Position numbers and translations under genes: made by a program. From a virus (Duplodnaviria; Heunggongvirae; Uroviricota; Caudoviricetes), in IMG/VR virus record IMGVR_UViG_2568526473_000003: DNA of 49,798 bases. One strand, given 5' to 3'. Positions within the stretch are counted from its first letter, which is position 1. Each line of letters opens with the position of its first letter. The notes below the pieces were generated by a model that was not told the DNA's origin, did no database searches, and saw only the letters and a list, made by a program, of their open reading frames with translations. This document shows, piece after piece, positions 1 to 9,230 of this stretch.

Positions 1-1284
1 TTACTTCTTCGCCTCTGCAACCACTTTGCTACCCACGCCGCGGTTATTGTATTCCCACATGCGGTTGTAGTTAGTGTCATTCAGATTGCGCTGTATTTCG
101 TCGCTATCGTCAACGCTGCCGGTGTTACCCGCAAACGGACGATTAGAGATCACCGCATCGCCCCACGGTTTAGCCGTGTTAAAACCTTCGTTGATGGCGC
201 TATCACGGATCACCACCTGACCGTTGGTATTGGCATCAACATCCAGCGAGCGGCCCAGTTGTGCCACGCCATCACCGGAAGCATTGAAACGGCTGTTTAC
301 GGCGAGGAAACCGTAGTAAATGTTGGACAGCGTAGCCGGTGCAAACACATACGCTTCTTGCTGAGTACGTGAGTTCACCACGCGGAATTCGGTGTTATCG
401 AACACCACTGCGCCGCGACCAGAAACGATATCCACATCCCCTTCAATGTAGCTGTTGGTCACCAGCGTACGCGGCTGACGATTCGTTTCCAGACGGTTCT
501 GCACACCGCTGTTGGTGACAAAGAAGGTGTTCTGACGACCGAGAATGTTAACGTTGTTAATCTGTACCTGGTCACCGTCAGTACGCAGTGCCACCGCCGG
601 ATGGTTACCCGCATCTACGCTATCACCCAGCGTGTTTTCGATGGTCAGGTTTTGCAGTTGCAGGCCATTGTTTTGTGACCAGAAGACCGCAGAACACAGA
701 ACACCGATACTGTCGCTGCGTTTGCTCTGGCAGCTATCGTACATATACCACGCTGGTTTACCTGGCATATATTTGCCGCGCGGGTTGACGTCGTGACGCC
801 AGTCGGCAGGACTCATGCCCCCATCAAGGGAAAGCCCAATCTTCACATCAATCGGTTTTTCACCTGTACCGTACAGAGTAATTCCACCTGGAGCAGCAGG
901 GACATACACCGTTCCCTGATACTCACCAGGCATCACGGCAATATACTGGCGCTTGTTGGTGCGCTTGATAATTGCCGCATCTACCGCCGCCTGAATCGTG
1001 GTATGCGTTACACCTTGAGTACCCGCCGGGCCGACAACAAAGTCAGGTTGCGCAGGCAGGGTTATCGGGGACGGATTCCACGCTGCAGCACCTGGTGTCA
1101 GGGATGCAAAATAGTGTTGAGCATCGAAATTCTGCGCTTCTTTTGCCGACAGAATCGGGCGAGAAGAGGTACCAGGCGCAGTTTGATCAGAAGGACGTTG
1201 ATCGGGTGGTGTTGAGCTACAGGCGGTCAGCGTCACGCCAAAAGCCAATGCCAGCGCCAGACGGGAAACTGAAAATGTGTTCAC
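1..1284 (-). CDS. ybhC: Host outer-membrane lipoprotein YbhC (pectinesterase-like), complete 427 aa
   Basis: 427-aa ORF with lipoprotein signal (LTACSS) matching recalled E. coli YbhC, the gene flanking attB-lambda. Confidence 0.8.
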   Translation of the reverse strand: MNTFSVSRLALALAFGVTLTACSSTPPDQRPSDQTAPGTSSRPILSAKEAQNFDAQHYFASLTPGAAAWNPSPITLPAQPDFVVGPAGTQGVTHTTIQAAVDAAIIKRTNKRQYIAVMPGEYQGTVYVPAAPGGITLYGTGEKPIDVKIGLSLDGGMSPADWRHDVNPRGKYMPGKPAWYMYDSCQSKRSDSIGVLCSAVFWSQNNGLQLQNLTIENTLGDSVDAGNHPAVALRTDGDQVQINNVNILGRQNTFFVTNSGVQNRLETNRQPRTLVTNSYIEGDVDIVSGRGAVVFDNTEFRVVNSRTQQEAYVFAPATLSNIYYGFLAVNSRFNASGDGVAQLGRSLDVDANTNGQVVIRDSAINEGFNTAKPWGDAVISNRPFAGNTGSVDDSDEIQRNLNDTNYNRMWEYNNRGVGSKVVAEAKK

Positions 1285-1320
1285 AGGTTGCTCCGGGCTA
1301 TGAAATAGAAAAATGAATCC

Positions 1321-1418
1321 GTTGAAGCCTGCTTTTTTATACTAAGTTGGCATTATAAAAAAGCATTGCTTATCAATTTGTTGCAACGAACAGGTCACTA
1401 TCAGTCAAAATAAAATCA
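1321..1418. other. attL: attL (B-O-P'): lambda att core GCTTTTTTATACTAA at 1331-1345 followed by the P' arm
   Basis: Exact 15-bp lambda core; downstream sequence (CAGGTCACTATCAGTCAAAATAAAATCATT) matches the recalled P' arm Int binding region; int lies immediately adjacent. Confidence 0.85.
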
Positions 1419-2489
1419 TTATTTGATTTCAATTTTGTCCCACTCCCTGCCTCTGTCATCACGATACTGTGATGCCATGGTGTCCGACTTATGCCCGAGA
1501 AGATGTTGAGCAAACTTATCGCTTATCTGCTTCTCATAGAGTCTTGCAGACAAACTGCGCAACTCGTGAAAGGTAGGCGGATCCCCTTCGAAGGAAAGAC
1601 CTGATGCTTTTCGTGCGCGCATAAAATACCTTGATACTGTGCCGGATGAAAGCGGTTCACGACGAGTAGATGCAATTATGGTTTCTCCGCCAAGAATCTC
1701 TTTGCATTTATCAAGTGTTTCCTTCATTGATATCCCGAGAGCATCAACATGCAATGTTGTAGGGATGGCAATTTTTACGCCTGTTTTGCTTTGTTCGACA
1801 TAAAGATATCCATCTACGATATCAGACCACTTCATTTCGCATAAATCACCAACTCGCTGCCCGGTAACAACAGCCAGTTCCATTGCAAGTCTGAGCCAAC
1901 ATGGTGATGATTCTGCTGCTTGATAAATTTTCAGGTATTCGTCAGCCGTAAGTCTTGATCTCCTTACCTCTGATTTTGCTGCGCGAGTGGCAGCGACCGG
2001 GTTTGTTGTTATATGGCCTTCAGCTATTGCCTCTCGGAATGCATCGCTCAGTGTTGATCTGATTAACTTGGCTGACGCCGCCTTGCCCTCGTCTATGTAT
2101 CCATTGAGCATTGCCGCAATTTCTTTTGTGGTGATGTCTTCAAGTGGAGCATCAGGCAGCCCCCTCCTTATTGCTTTAATTTTGCTCATGTAATTTATGA
2201 GTGTCTTCTGCTTGATTCCTCTGCTGGCGAGGATTTTTTCGTAGCGATCAAGCCATGAATGTAACGTAACAGAATTATCACTGTTGATTCTCGCTGTCAG
2301 AGGCTTGTGTTTGTGTCCTGAAAATAACTCAATATTGGCCTGTATTGCTTCAGTGATTGCTATCCTCCTGTCTCGGCCTAAACCAAACTCTTTACCCGTC
2401 CTTGGGTCCCTGTAGCAGTAATATCCATTGTTTCTTATATAAAGGTTAGGGGGTAAATCCCGGCGCTCATGACTTCGCCTTCTTCCCAT
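1419..2489 (-). CDS. int: Lambda-type integrase (tyrosine recombinase), 356 aa
   Basis: Translation MGRRRSHERRDLPPNLYIRNNGYYCYRDPRTGKEFGLG... matches lambda Int; position next to attL. Confidence 0.95.
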   Translation of the reverse strand: MGRRRSHERRDLPPNLYIRNNGYYCYRDPRTGKEFGLGRDRRIAITEAIQANIELFSGHKHKPLTARINSDNSVTLHSWLDRYEKILASRGIKQKTLINYMSKIKAIRRGLPDAPLEDITTKEIAAMLNGYIDEGKAASAKLIRSTLSDAFREAIAEGHITTNPVAATRAAKSEVRRSRLTADEYLKIYQAAESSPCWLRLAMELAVVTGQRVGDLCEMKWSDIVDGYLYVEQSKTGVKIAIPTTLHVDALGISMKETLDKCKEILGGETIIASTRREPLSSGTVSRYFMRARKASGLSFEGDPPTFHELRSLSARLYEKQISDKFAQHLLGHKSDTMASQYRDDRGREWDKIEIK

Positions 2490-2685
2490 TTCTGATCCTC
2501 TTCAAAAGGCTACCTGTTACTGGTCGATTTAAGTCAACCTTTACCGCTGATTCGTGGAACAGATACTCTCTTCCATCCTTAACCGGAGGAGGGAATATCC
2601 TGCATTCGCGCACCCATCGACGAACTGTTTCAAGGCTTCTTGGGCGTCGCTGGCGTGCGTTCCACTCCTGAAGTGTCAAGTACAT
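2467..2685 (-). CDS. xis: Excisionase, 72 aa
   Basis: Translation MYLTLQEWNARQRRPRSLETVRRWVRECRIFPPP... matches lambda Xis; overlaps the int start as in lambda. Confidence 0.9.
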   Translation of the reverse strand: MYLTLQEWNARQRRPRSLETVRRWVRECRIFPPPVKDGREYLFHESAVKVDLNRPVTGSLLKRIRNGKKAKS

Positions 2686-3134
2686 CGCAAAGTCTCCGCA
2701 ATTACACGCAAGAAAAAGCCGCCATCAGGCGGCTTGGTGTTCTTTCAGTTCTTCAATTCGAATATTGGTTATGTCTGCATGTGCTATCTGCGCCCATATC
2801 ATCCAGTGGTCATAGCAGTCATTGATGTTCTCTGCTTCGATAACTCTGTTGAATGGTTCTCCATTCCATTCACCTGTGACTCGGAAGTGCATTTATCATC
2901 TCCATAAAACAAAACCCGCCGTAGCGAGTTCAGATAAAAGAAATCCTCGTCAGTGCGAGGATGCTGTTCATTGCTGCTATACACTTTTTTGCTCTCAACG
3001 TAAGCGGTAGCTCATTCTGTTGGGTTGGTGCAGTTGCTTTTAGGAAATGCTATTTACCCCTTAAACGTCGGCTGAAAGAGCTAAAATCCATGCAAAAAAT
3101 TTACGCAATTTTGTGTATTATTGTGCAGTAAGTA

Positions 3135-3737
3135 ATGAGCTATTTTCTGCGCAAAAAATGGATGGTAAATTTGTCCGGGGCAGGAAAAATTTTATGGGCG
3201 CTAAACATGAAAAAAGATTCGTATCCTTATTTGATTTGCATGACAGTTTCAGGCCTGATCTTTATTTTCCTTTTCTTCTGGTGGCGGGCAGATATTTACA
3301 GGGTCACGTTTCTTAATCAGAGTATATCCCACTATTACATTCTGTTTAGCATGGGAATAGCTTTTCTGTTATCTCTGTTTTGGGTTAAGAAGGGGATAGT
3401 AAAACAAAGCGGCTGGAAGAGTCTGTCAGCATACCTTAAGGTTTATGCAGGGATGTGCATATTTGCTGGATTTTTTCTGATTATACCCCTTACAACACTA
3501 ACTTATTTTTTGCCTGGAGAGACATCGTCTTATGTTGCACCGTATCGGTATACTTCCGGTAGTTCAAAAAGTTGTTCTGGAGCTGAGGTGGATGACCCCG
3601 ATCTACATGAGAATATTCGCATTTGCTATCCGTATGGCAATTATGAGTACGATAATATTATCTATGTTGAAAAGAAAATTAATACATTAGGTGCGGTAGT
3701 AACATATGCACAGACCGCGCGTGATGATACTGAATGA
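3135..3737 (+). CDS. Hypothetical membrane protein (about 3 TM helices plus Cys-containing C-terminal domain); AT-rich moron antisense to the pL operon; start uncertain (3135, 3162 or 3204)
   Basis: 200-aa ORF with hydrophobic segments (LICMTVSGLIFIFLFFWW, YYILFSMGIAFLLSLFWV, VYAGMCIFAGFFLIIPLTTL); low GC; occupies the slot of lambda ea8.5/ea22 but on the opposite strand. Confidence 0.5.
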   Translation: MSYFLRKKWMVNLSGAGKILWALNMKKDSYPYLICMTVSGLIFIFLFFWWRADIYRVTFLNQSISHYYILFSMGIAFLLSLFWVKKGIVKQSGWKSLSAYLKVYAGMCIFAGFFLIIPLTTLTYFLPGETSSYVAPYRYTSGSSKSCSGAEVDDPDLHENIRICYPYGNYEYDNIIYVEKKINTLGAVVTYAQTARDDTE

Positions 3738-3772
3738 GATAGTATATAGCGGGCAAGTTTTAGTTAATTTAT

Positions 3773-3794
3773 CGAGGTAATATAATTTACCTCG
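3773..3794 (+). terminator. Perfect hairpin (cgaggtaa-tataat-ttacctcg) downstream of the plus-strand membrane-protein gene
   Basis: 8-bp perfect inverted repeat with 6-nt loop 36 nt after the stop at 3737, followed by a T-rich run. Confidence 0.4.
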
Positions 3795-3947
3795 ACTCGT
3801 TTATTCTGGTATTAATATTTCGCTTTACGATCGATTTTTATCTGATGATATCATTCGGTTTTCATATACTGACTTACTGTCTTTTCTCCGTTAGCGATTT
3901 TCTCCTGCTCAGCGATGATTTTATCTTTGGCTTCTAGTTAATTTCGC

Positions 3948-4169
3948 TCACTTCGAACCTCTCTGTTTACTGATAAGTTCCAGATCCTCCTGGCAACTTG
4001 CACAAGTCCGACAACCCTGAACGGCCAGGCGTCTTCGCTCATCTATGGGATCGCCACACTCACAACAATGAGTGGCAGATATAGCCTGGTGGTTCAGGCG
4101 GCGCATTTTTATTGCTGTGTTGCGCTGTAATTCTTCAATTTCTGATGCTGAATCAATGATGTCTGCCAT
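3948..4169 (-). CDS. TraR/DksA-family C4 zinc-finger protein, 73 aa
   Basis: Paired CxxC motifs (CCEC ... CRTCASC) in a small acidic protein; typical phage TraR-like fold. Confidence 0.65.
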   Translation of the reverse strand: MADIIDSASEIEELQRNTAIKMRRLNHQAISATHCCECGDPIDERRRLAVQGCRTCASCQEDLELISKQRGSK

Positions 4170-4267
4170 CTTCCATTAATCCCTGAATTGTTGGTTAATA
4201 CGCTTGAGGGTGAATGCGAACAATAAAAAAGGAGCCTGTAGCTCCCTGATGATTTTGCTTTTCATGC

Positions 4268-4549
4268 TCACCGTTCCTTAAAGACGCCGTTTAACATGCC
4301 GATCGCCAGGCTTAAATGAGTCGGTGTGAATCCCATCAGCGTTACCGTTTCGCGGTGCTTCTTCAGTACGCTACGGCAAATGTCATCGACGTTTTTATCC
4401 GGAAACTGCTGTCTGGCTTTTTTGATTTCAGAATTAGCCTGACGGGCAATACTGCGAAGGGCGTTTTCTTGCTGAGGTGTCATTGAACAAGTCCCATGTC
4501 GGCAAGCATAAGCACACAGAATATGAAGCCCGCTGCCAGAAAAATGCAT
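4268..4549 (-). CDS. Hypothetical early-left protein, 93 aa (non-lambda)
   Basis: ORF starts 11 nt after the orf63 stop (translational coupling geometry) and is co-oriented with the pL operon; no recognised homolog. Confidence 0.5.
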   Translation of the reverse strand: MHFSGSGLHILCAYACRHGTCSMTPQQENALRSIARQANSEIKKARQQFPDKNVDDICRSVLKKHRETVTLMGFTPTHLSLAIGMLNGVFKER

Positions 4550-4559
4550 TCAGTGGTTG

Positions 4560-4751
4560 TCATACCAGGTCTCTCTCATCTGCTTCTGCTTTCGCCACCA
4601 TCATTTCCAGCTTTTGCGAAAGGGATGTGGCTAACGTATGAAATTCTTCGTCTGTTTCTACTGGTATTGGCACAAACCTGACTCCAATTTGAGCAAGGCT
4701 ATGTGCCATCTCAATACTCGTTCTTAACTCAACAGGAGATGCTTTGTGCAT
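4560..4751 (-). CDS. Lambda orf63-like early protein, 63 aa
   Basis: 192-nt ORF with the same length and 28-nt overlap with the next gene as recalled for lambda orf63; assignment by synteny and size. Confidence 0.55.
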   Translation of the reverse strand: MHKASPVELRTSIEMAHSLAQIGVRFVPIPVETDEEFHTLATSLSQKLEMMVAKAEADERDLV

Positions 4752-4906
4752 ATCGCCTCCCGTTTATTATTTATCTCCTCAGCCAGCCGCTGGGCTTTCA
4801 GTGGATTTTGGATAACAGAAAGGCCGGGAAATACCCAGCCTCGCTTTGTAACGGAGTAGACGAAAGTGATCGCACCTACCCGGATATTATCGTGAGGATG
4901 CGTCAT
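4724..4906 (-). CDS. Lambda orf60a-like early protein, 60 aa
   Basis: 183-nt ORF with 4-nt ATGA overlap with the exo stop, as in lambda; assignment by synteny and size. Confidence 0.5.
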   Translation of the reverse strand: MTHPHDNIRVGAITFVYSVTKRGWVFPGLSVIQNPLKAQRLAEEINNKREAICTKHLLLS

Positions 4907-5583
4907 CGCCATTGCTCCCCAAATACAAAACCAATTTCAGCCAGTGCCTCGTCCATTTTTTCGATGAACTCCGGCACCATCTCGTCAAAACTCGCCATGT
5001 AATTTTCATCCCGCTCAACCACGACATAATGCAGGCCTTCACGCTTCATTCGTGGGTCATAGTTGGCAAAGTACCAGGCATCTTTTCGCGTCACCCATAT
5101 GCTGTACTGCACCTGGGCCATGTAAGCCGACTTTATGGCCTCGAAACCACCGAGCCGGAATTTCATGAAATCCCGGGAGGTAAACGGGCATTTCAGTTCA
5201 AGGCCGTTGCCGTCACTGCATAAACCATCGGGAGAGCAGGCGGTGCGCATACTTTCGTCGCGATAGATGATCGGGGATTCAGTAACATTCACGCCGGAAG
5301 TGAATTCAAACAGGGTTCTGGCGTCGTTCTCGTACTGTTTTCCCCAGGCCAGCGCCTTAGCATTAACTTCCGGAGCCACACCGGTGCAAACCTCAGCCAG
5401 CAGGGTGTGGAAGTAGGACATTTTCATGTCAGGCCACTTCTTTCCTGAGCGGAGCTTTGCTATCACGTTGTGAACTTCTGAAGCGGTGATGACGCCGAGC
5501 CGTAATTTGTGCCATGCATCATCCCCCTGTTCGACAGCTCTCACGTCGATCCCGGTACGCTGCAGGATAATGTCCGGTGTCAT
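4903..5583 (-). CDS. exo: Lambda exonuclease (Red-alpha), 226 aa
   Basis: Translation [43 protein letters not shown]... matches lambda Exo. Confidence 0.97.
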   Translation of the reverse strand: MTPDIILQRTGIDVRAVEQGDDAWHKLRLGVITASEVHNVIAKLRSGKKWPDMKMSYFHTLLAEVCTGVAPEVNAKALAWGKQYENDARTLFEFTSGVNVTESPIIYRDESMRTACSPDGLCSDGNGLELKCPFTSRDFMKFRLGGFEAIKSAYMAQVQYSIWVTRKDAWYFANYDPRMKREGLHYVVVERDENYMASFDEMVPEFIEKMDEALAEIGFVFGEQWR

Positions 5584-6365
5584 GCTGCCACCTTCTGCTC
5601 AGTGGCTTTCTGTTTCAGGAATCCAAGAGCTTTCACTGCTTCGGCCTGTGTCAGTTCTGACGATGCGCGAATGTCGCGGCGAAATATCTGGGAACAGAGC
5701 GGCAATAAGTCGTCATCCCATGTTTTATCCAGGGCGATTAGCAGAGTGTTAATCTCCTGCATGGTTTCATCGTTAACCGGAGTGATGTCGCGTTCCGGCT
5801 GGCGTTCTGCAGTGTATGCAGTATTTTCGACAATGCGCTCGGCTTCATCCTTGTCATAGATACCAGCAAATCCGAAGGCCAGACGGGCACACTGAATCAT
5901 AGCTTTATGCCGTAACATCCGTTTGGGATGCGACTGCCACGGCCCCGTGATTTCTCTGCCTTCGCGGGTTTTGAATGGTTCGCGGCGGCATTCATCCATC
6001 CATTCGGTAACGCAGATCGGATGATTACGGTCCTTGCGGTAAATCCGGCATGTACAGGATTCATTGTCCTGCTCAAAGTCCATGCCATCAAACTGCTGGT
6101 TTTCATTGATGATGCGGGACCAGCCATCAACGCCCACCACCGGAACGATGCCGTTCTGCTTATCAGGGAAGGCGTAAATTTCTTTCGTCCACGGATTAAG
6201 GCCGTACTGGTTGGCGACGATCAACAATGCGATGAACTGCGCATCGCTGGCATCGCCTTTAAATGCCGTCTGGCGAAGAGTGGTGATCAGTTCCTGTGGG
6301 TCGACAGAATCCATGCCGACACGTTCAGCCAGCTTCCCTGCCAGCGTTGCGAGTGCTGTACTCAT
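5580..6365 (-). CDS. bet: Recombination protein Bet (Red-beta), 261 aa
   Basis: Translation [59 protein letters not shown]... matches lambda Beta. Confidence 0.97.
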   Translation of the reverse strand: MSTALATLAGKLAERVGMDSVDPQELITTLRQTAFKGDASDAQFIALLIVANQYGLNPWTKEIYAFPDKQNGIVPVVGVDGWSRIINENQQFDGMDFEQDNESCTCRIYRKDRNHPICVTEWMDECRREPFKTREGREITGPWQSHPKRMLRHKAMIQCARLAFGFAGIYDKDEAERIVENTAYTAERQPERDITPVNDETMQEINTLLIALDKTWDDDLLPLCSQIFRRDIRASSELTQAEAVKALGFLKQKATEQKVAA

Positions 6366-6370
6366 CCGTT

Positions 6371-6667
6371 TTATACCTCTGAATCAATATCAACCTGATG
6401 GTGAGCAATGGTTTCAACCATGTACCGGATGTGTTCTGCCATGCGCTCCTGAAACTCAACATCGTCATCAAACGCACGGGTAATGGCTTTTTTGCTGGCC
6501 CCGTGGCGTTGCAAATGACCGATGCATAGCGATTCAAACAGGTGCTGGGGCAGGCCTTTTTCCATGTCGTCTGCCAGTTCTGCCTCTTTCTCTTCACGGG
6601 CAATCTGCTGGTAGTGACGCGCCCAGCTCTGAGCCTCAAGACGATCCTGAATGTAATAAGCGTTCAT
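6371..6667 (-). CDS. gam: Gam, RecBCD inhibitor (98-aa GamS form; the upstream ATG at 6788 is out of frame)
   Basis: Translation [48 protein letters not shown]... matches lambda GamS; the [13 protein letters not shown] start is present but in a different frame. Confidence 0.9.
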   Translation of the reverse strand: MNAYYIQDRLEAQSWARHYQQIAREEKEAELADDMEKGLPQHLFESLCIGHLQRHGASKKAITRAFDDDVEFQERMAEHIRYMVETIAHHQVDIDSEV

Positions 6668-6742
6668 GGCTGAACTCCTGAAAATGGCTGTGAAAATATC
6701 GCCCGCGAAATGCCGGGCTGATTAGGAAAACAGGGAAGGGGG

Positions 6743-6886
6743 TTAGTGAATGCTTTTGCTTGATCTCAGTTTCAGTATTAATATCCATTTTTTATAAGCG
6801 TCGACGGCCTCACGAAACATCTTTTCATCGCCAATAAAAGTGGCGATAGTGAATTTAGTCTGGATAGCCATAAGTGTTTGATCCAT
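6743..6886 (-). CDS. kil: Kil (FtsZ inhibitor), 47 aa
   Basis: Translation [47 protein letters not shown] matches lambda Kil. Confidence 0.9.
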   Translation of the reverse strand: MDQTLMAIQTKFTIATFIGDEKMFREAVDAYKKWILILKLRSSKSIH

Positions 6887-7019
6887 TTTTTGGGACTCCT
6901 GGCTGATTAAGTATGTCGATAAGGCGTTTCCATCCGTCACGTAATTTACGGGTGATTCGTTCAAGTAAAGATTCGGAAGGGCAGCCAGCAACAGGCCACC
7001 CTGCAATGGCATATTGCAT
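6855..7019 (-). CDS. cIII: CIII (FtsH/HflB inhibitor), 54 aa
   Basis: Manual translation of the minus strand gives [54 protein letters not shown]; overlaps kil by 32 nt as in lambda. Confidence 0.9.
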   Translation of the reverse strand: MQYAIAGWPVAGCPSESLLERITRKLRDGWKRLIDILNQPGVPKNGSNTYGYPD

Positions 7020-7091
7020 GGTGTGCTCCTTATTTATACATAACGAAAAACGCCTCGAGTGAAGCGTTATTGGTATGCGGTAACGCAGCGC

Positions 7092-7460
7092 TCAGGCGGC
7101 TTTGATAGTCATATCATCTGAATCAAATATTCCTGATGTATCGATATCGGTAATTCTTATTCCTTCGCTACCATCCATTGGAGGCCATCCTTCCTGACCA
7201 TTTCCATCATTCCAGTCGAACTCACACACAACACCATATGCATTTAAGTCGCTTGAAATTGCTATAAGCAGAGCATGTTGCGCCAGCATGATTAATACAG
7301 CATTTAATACAGAGCCGTGTTTATTGAGTCGGTATTCAGAGTCTGACCAGAAATTATTAATCTGGTGAAGTTTTTCCTCTGTCATTACGTCATGGTCGAT
7401 TTCAATTTCTATTGATGCTTTCCAGTCGTAATCAATGATGTATTTTTTGATGTTTGACAT
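7092..7460 (-). CDS. ea10: Ea10 (lambda early protein), 122 aa
   Basis: Translation MSNIKKYIIDYDWKASIEIEIDHDVMTEEKLHQINNFWSDSEYRL... matches lambda Ea10 in sequence and position. Confidence 0.85.
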   Translation of the reverse strand: MSNIKKYIIDYDWKASIEIEIDHDVMTEEKLHQINNFWSDSEYRLNKHGSVLNAVLIMLAQHALLIAISSDLNAYGVVCEFDWNDGNGQEGWPPMDGSEGIRITDIDTSGIFDSDDMTIKAA

Positions 7461-7610
7461 CTATTCATATCCTCATAGATAAAAAATCGCCCTCACATTA
7501 GAGGGCAAAGAAGATTTCCAATAATCAGAACAAGTCGGCTCCTGTTTAGTTACGAGCGACATTGCTCCGTGTATTCACCCGTTGGAATGAATACACAGTG
7601 CTTATTCGTA

Positions 7611-8081
7611 CTAATAAAACACCCAATTTTCTGTTTCTTGGTTGTGTCCAAAGTTATATTCAATATCTGGTATTGATGTATCAATATTCTTCATCCCATC
7701 AACAAGAGTTGATACAACAGCCAAATCTTGTTTGATTCTCATTAAATGGTACTTCTTCCGGCGCAATAAACTTTCAATGGCAAGTTTCTTCGTCGGGAAT
7801 GCAAAAGATCTTTCGGCATTTTTTGCTACTTTCTTAATTGCATATCTATTTCTCCTTTGTTTCCATTCCTGTAACCACTGATTTGGTGCTGGTTTAAAAT
7901 TAACAATCCAATGCGCAGGAACCAACCATGCATAATGATCTGTCTGATGAAAAGCTATATATTGAAGTGCGAATATTTTGATTCCATCTTCTTCAACTGT
8001 CGCTTGGAATCTCCAGAAAACAGGCATTCCATCATGTTCAGTTTCTGATTCAGGAAAAGGTACGCTCCATGATTTTGTCAT
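7611..8081 (-). CDS. Hypothetical 156-aa protein inserted between ral and ea10 (pL-operon moron, AT-rich)
   Basis: Intact ORF co-oriented with the pL operon; no lambda counterpart at this position as I recall it; AT-rich relative to flanking lambda genes. Confidence 0.6.
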   Translation of the reverse strand: MTKSWSVPFPESETEHDGMPVFWRFQATVEEDGIKIFALQYIAFHQTDHYAWLVPAHWIVNFKPAPNQWLQEWKQRRNRYAIKKVAKNAERSFAFPTKKLAIESLLRRKKYHLMRIKQDLAVVSTLVDGMKNIDTSIPDIEYNFGHNQETENWVFY

Positions 8082-8146
8082 ATCTCACCTCAAATAATTC
8101 AGTGCTGTGTTTATTCTGTTGTTTATGCCAAAAATAAAGGCCACCG

Positions 8147-8347
8147 TCAGGCAGCCTTGTTATTCTGTTTACCAAGTTCTCTGGCAATCATTTCCGTCGT
8201 TCGAATTGCCCATTTATCGACATATTTCCCATCTTCCATCACAGGAAACATTTCTTCAGGCTTAACCATGCATTCCGATTGCAGCTTGCATCCATTGCAT
8301 CGTTTGAATTGTCCACACCATTGATTTTTATCAATAGTCGTAGTCAT
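8147..8347 (-). CDS. ral: Ral (restriction alleviation), 66 aa
   Basis: Translation MTTTIDKNQWCGQFKRCNGCKLQSECMVKPEEMFPVMEDGKYVDKWAIRTTEMIARELGKQNNKAA matches lambda Ral. Confidence 0.9.
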   Translation of the reverse strand: MTTTIDKNQWCGQFKRCNGCKLQSECMVKPEEMFPVMEDGKYVDKWAIRTTEMIARELGKQNNKAA

Positions 8348-8425
8348 ACGGATAGTCCTGGTATTGTTCCATCACATCCTGCGGATGCTCTTCGAACTCT
8401 TCAAATTCTTCTTCCATATCTCACC

Positions 8426-8752
8426 TCAAATAAGTGGTTTGCTGCCTAATTTCATTTTCTGTCGACCAACACAAGTCACACCCATTTCACTGCGTGGCTT
8501 GCTGTACCATGTGCGCTGATTCTTGCGCTCAATACGCTGCAGGTTGCTTTCAATCTGTTCGTGGTATTCAGCCAGCACCGTAAGGTCTATCGGATTCAGT
8601 GCGCTTTCTACTCGTGATTTCGGTTTGCGATTCAGCGAGAGAATAGGGCGGTTAACTGGCTTTGCGCTTACCCCAACCAACAGGGGATTTGCTGCTTTCC
8701 ATTGAGCCTGTTTCTCTGCGCGACGTTCGCGGCGGCGTGTTTGTGCATCCAT
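8426..8752 (-). CDS. N: Antiterminator N, 108 aa from the MDAQTRRRERR start
   Basis: Translation MDAQTRRRERRAEKQAQWKAANPLLVGVSAKPVNRPILSLNRKPKSRVESALNPIDLTVLAEYHEQIESNLQRIERKNQRTWYSKP... matches lambda N (divergent extreme C-terminus). Confidence 0.9.
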   Translation of the reverse strand: MDAQTRRRERRAEKQAQWKAANPLLVGVSAKPVNRPILSLNRKPKSRVESALNPIDLTVLAEYHEQIESNLQRIERKNQRTWYSKPRSEMGVTCVGRQKMKLGSKPLI

Positions 8753-8910
8753 CTGGATTCTCCTGTCAGTTAGCTTTGGTTGTGTGTGGGAGTCGTAGTC
8801 CTGAACGAAAACACCCCCGCAATGGCACATTGGCAGCTAATCCGGATTCGCACTTCCGGCCAATGCTTCGTTTCGTATCACACACACCAAAGCTTTCTGC
8901 TTTGAATGCT

Positions 8911-8941
8911 GCCCTTCTTCAGGGCTTAATTTTTAAGAGCA
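8911..8941 (-). promoter_or_regulatory. nutL: nutL (boxB GCCCTGAAGAAGGGC at 8911-8925; boxA-like TGCTCTTAAAAA at 8930-8941)
   Basis: Minus-strand reading reproduces the lambda nutL boxB hairpin exactly; boxA first base is T where lambda has C, by recollection. Confidence 0.8.
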
Positions 8942-8980
8942 TCACCTTCATGGTGGTCAGTGCGTCCTGCTGATGTGCTT

Positions 8981-9043
8981 AGTATCACCGCCAGTGGTAT
9001 TTATGTCAACACCGCCAGAGATAATTTATCACCGCAGATGGTT
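8981..9043 (-). promoter_or_regulatory. pL promoter with operators OL1 (8983-8999), OL2 (9007-9023) and OL3 (9027-9043)
   Basis: Minus strand reads TTGACATAAATACCACTGGCGGTGATACT; the three 17-bp operators match lambda OL1-3. Confidence 0.9.
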
Positions 9044-9194
9044 ATCTGTATGTTTTTTATATAGATTTATTTTTTGCAGGGTTGTGTGGATTGGGAAGGT
9101 GATCGAGAGATATGAATTGCGATGTTTAGCGAGTTGTATCTATTAATTTTAAAATAAATACAATTGGTTATGTGTTTTTTGGGGCGTTAGGCAA

Positions 9195-9218
9195 AGAAAA
9201 CCCGGCGCAGATGCCGGG
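9195..9218 (-). terminator. Rho-independent terminator after the cI-orf301 transcription unit
   Basis: Hairpin cccggc-gcagat-gccggg followed on the minus strand by a T-run; same position as the terminator after rexB in lambda. Confidence 0.6.
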
Positions 9219-9230
9219 CTGTGGTGGAGA

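Noticed and set aside
545-1316. Plus-strand ORFs of 66-140 aa overlapping ybhC
   Set aside because: Antisense to the conserved host gene ybhC; Arg/Cys-rich translations with no start signals.
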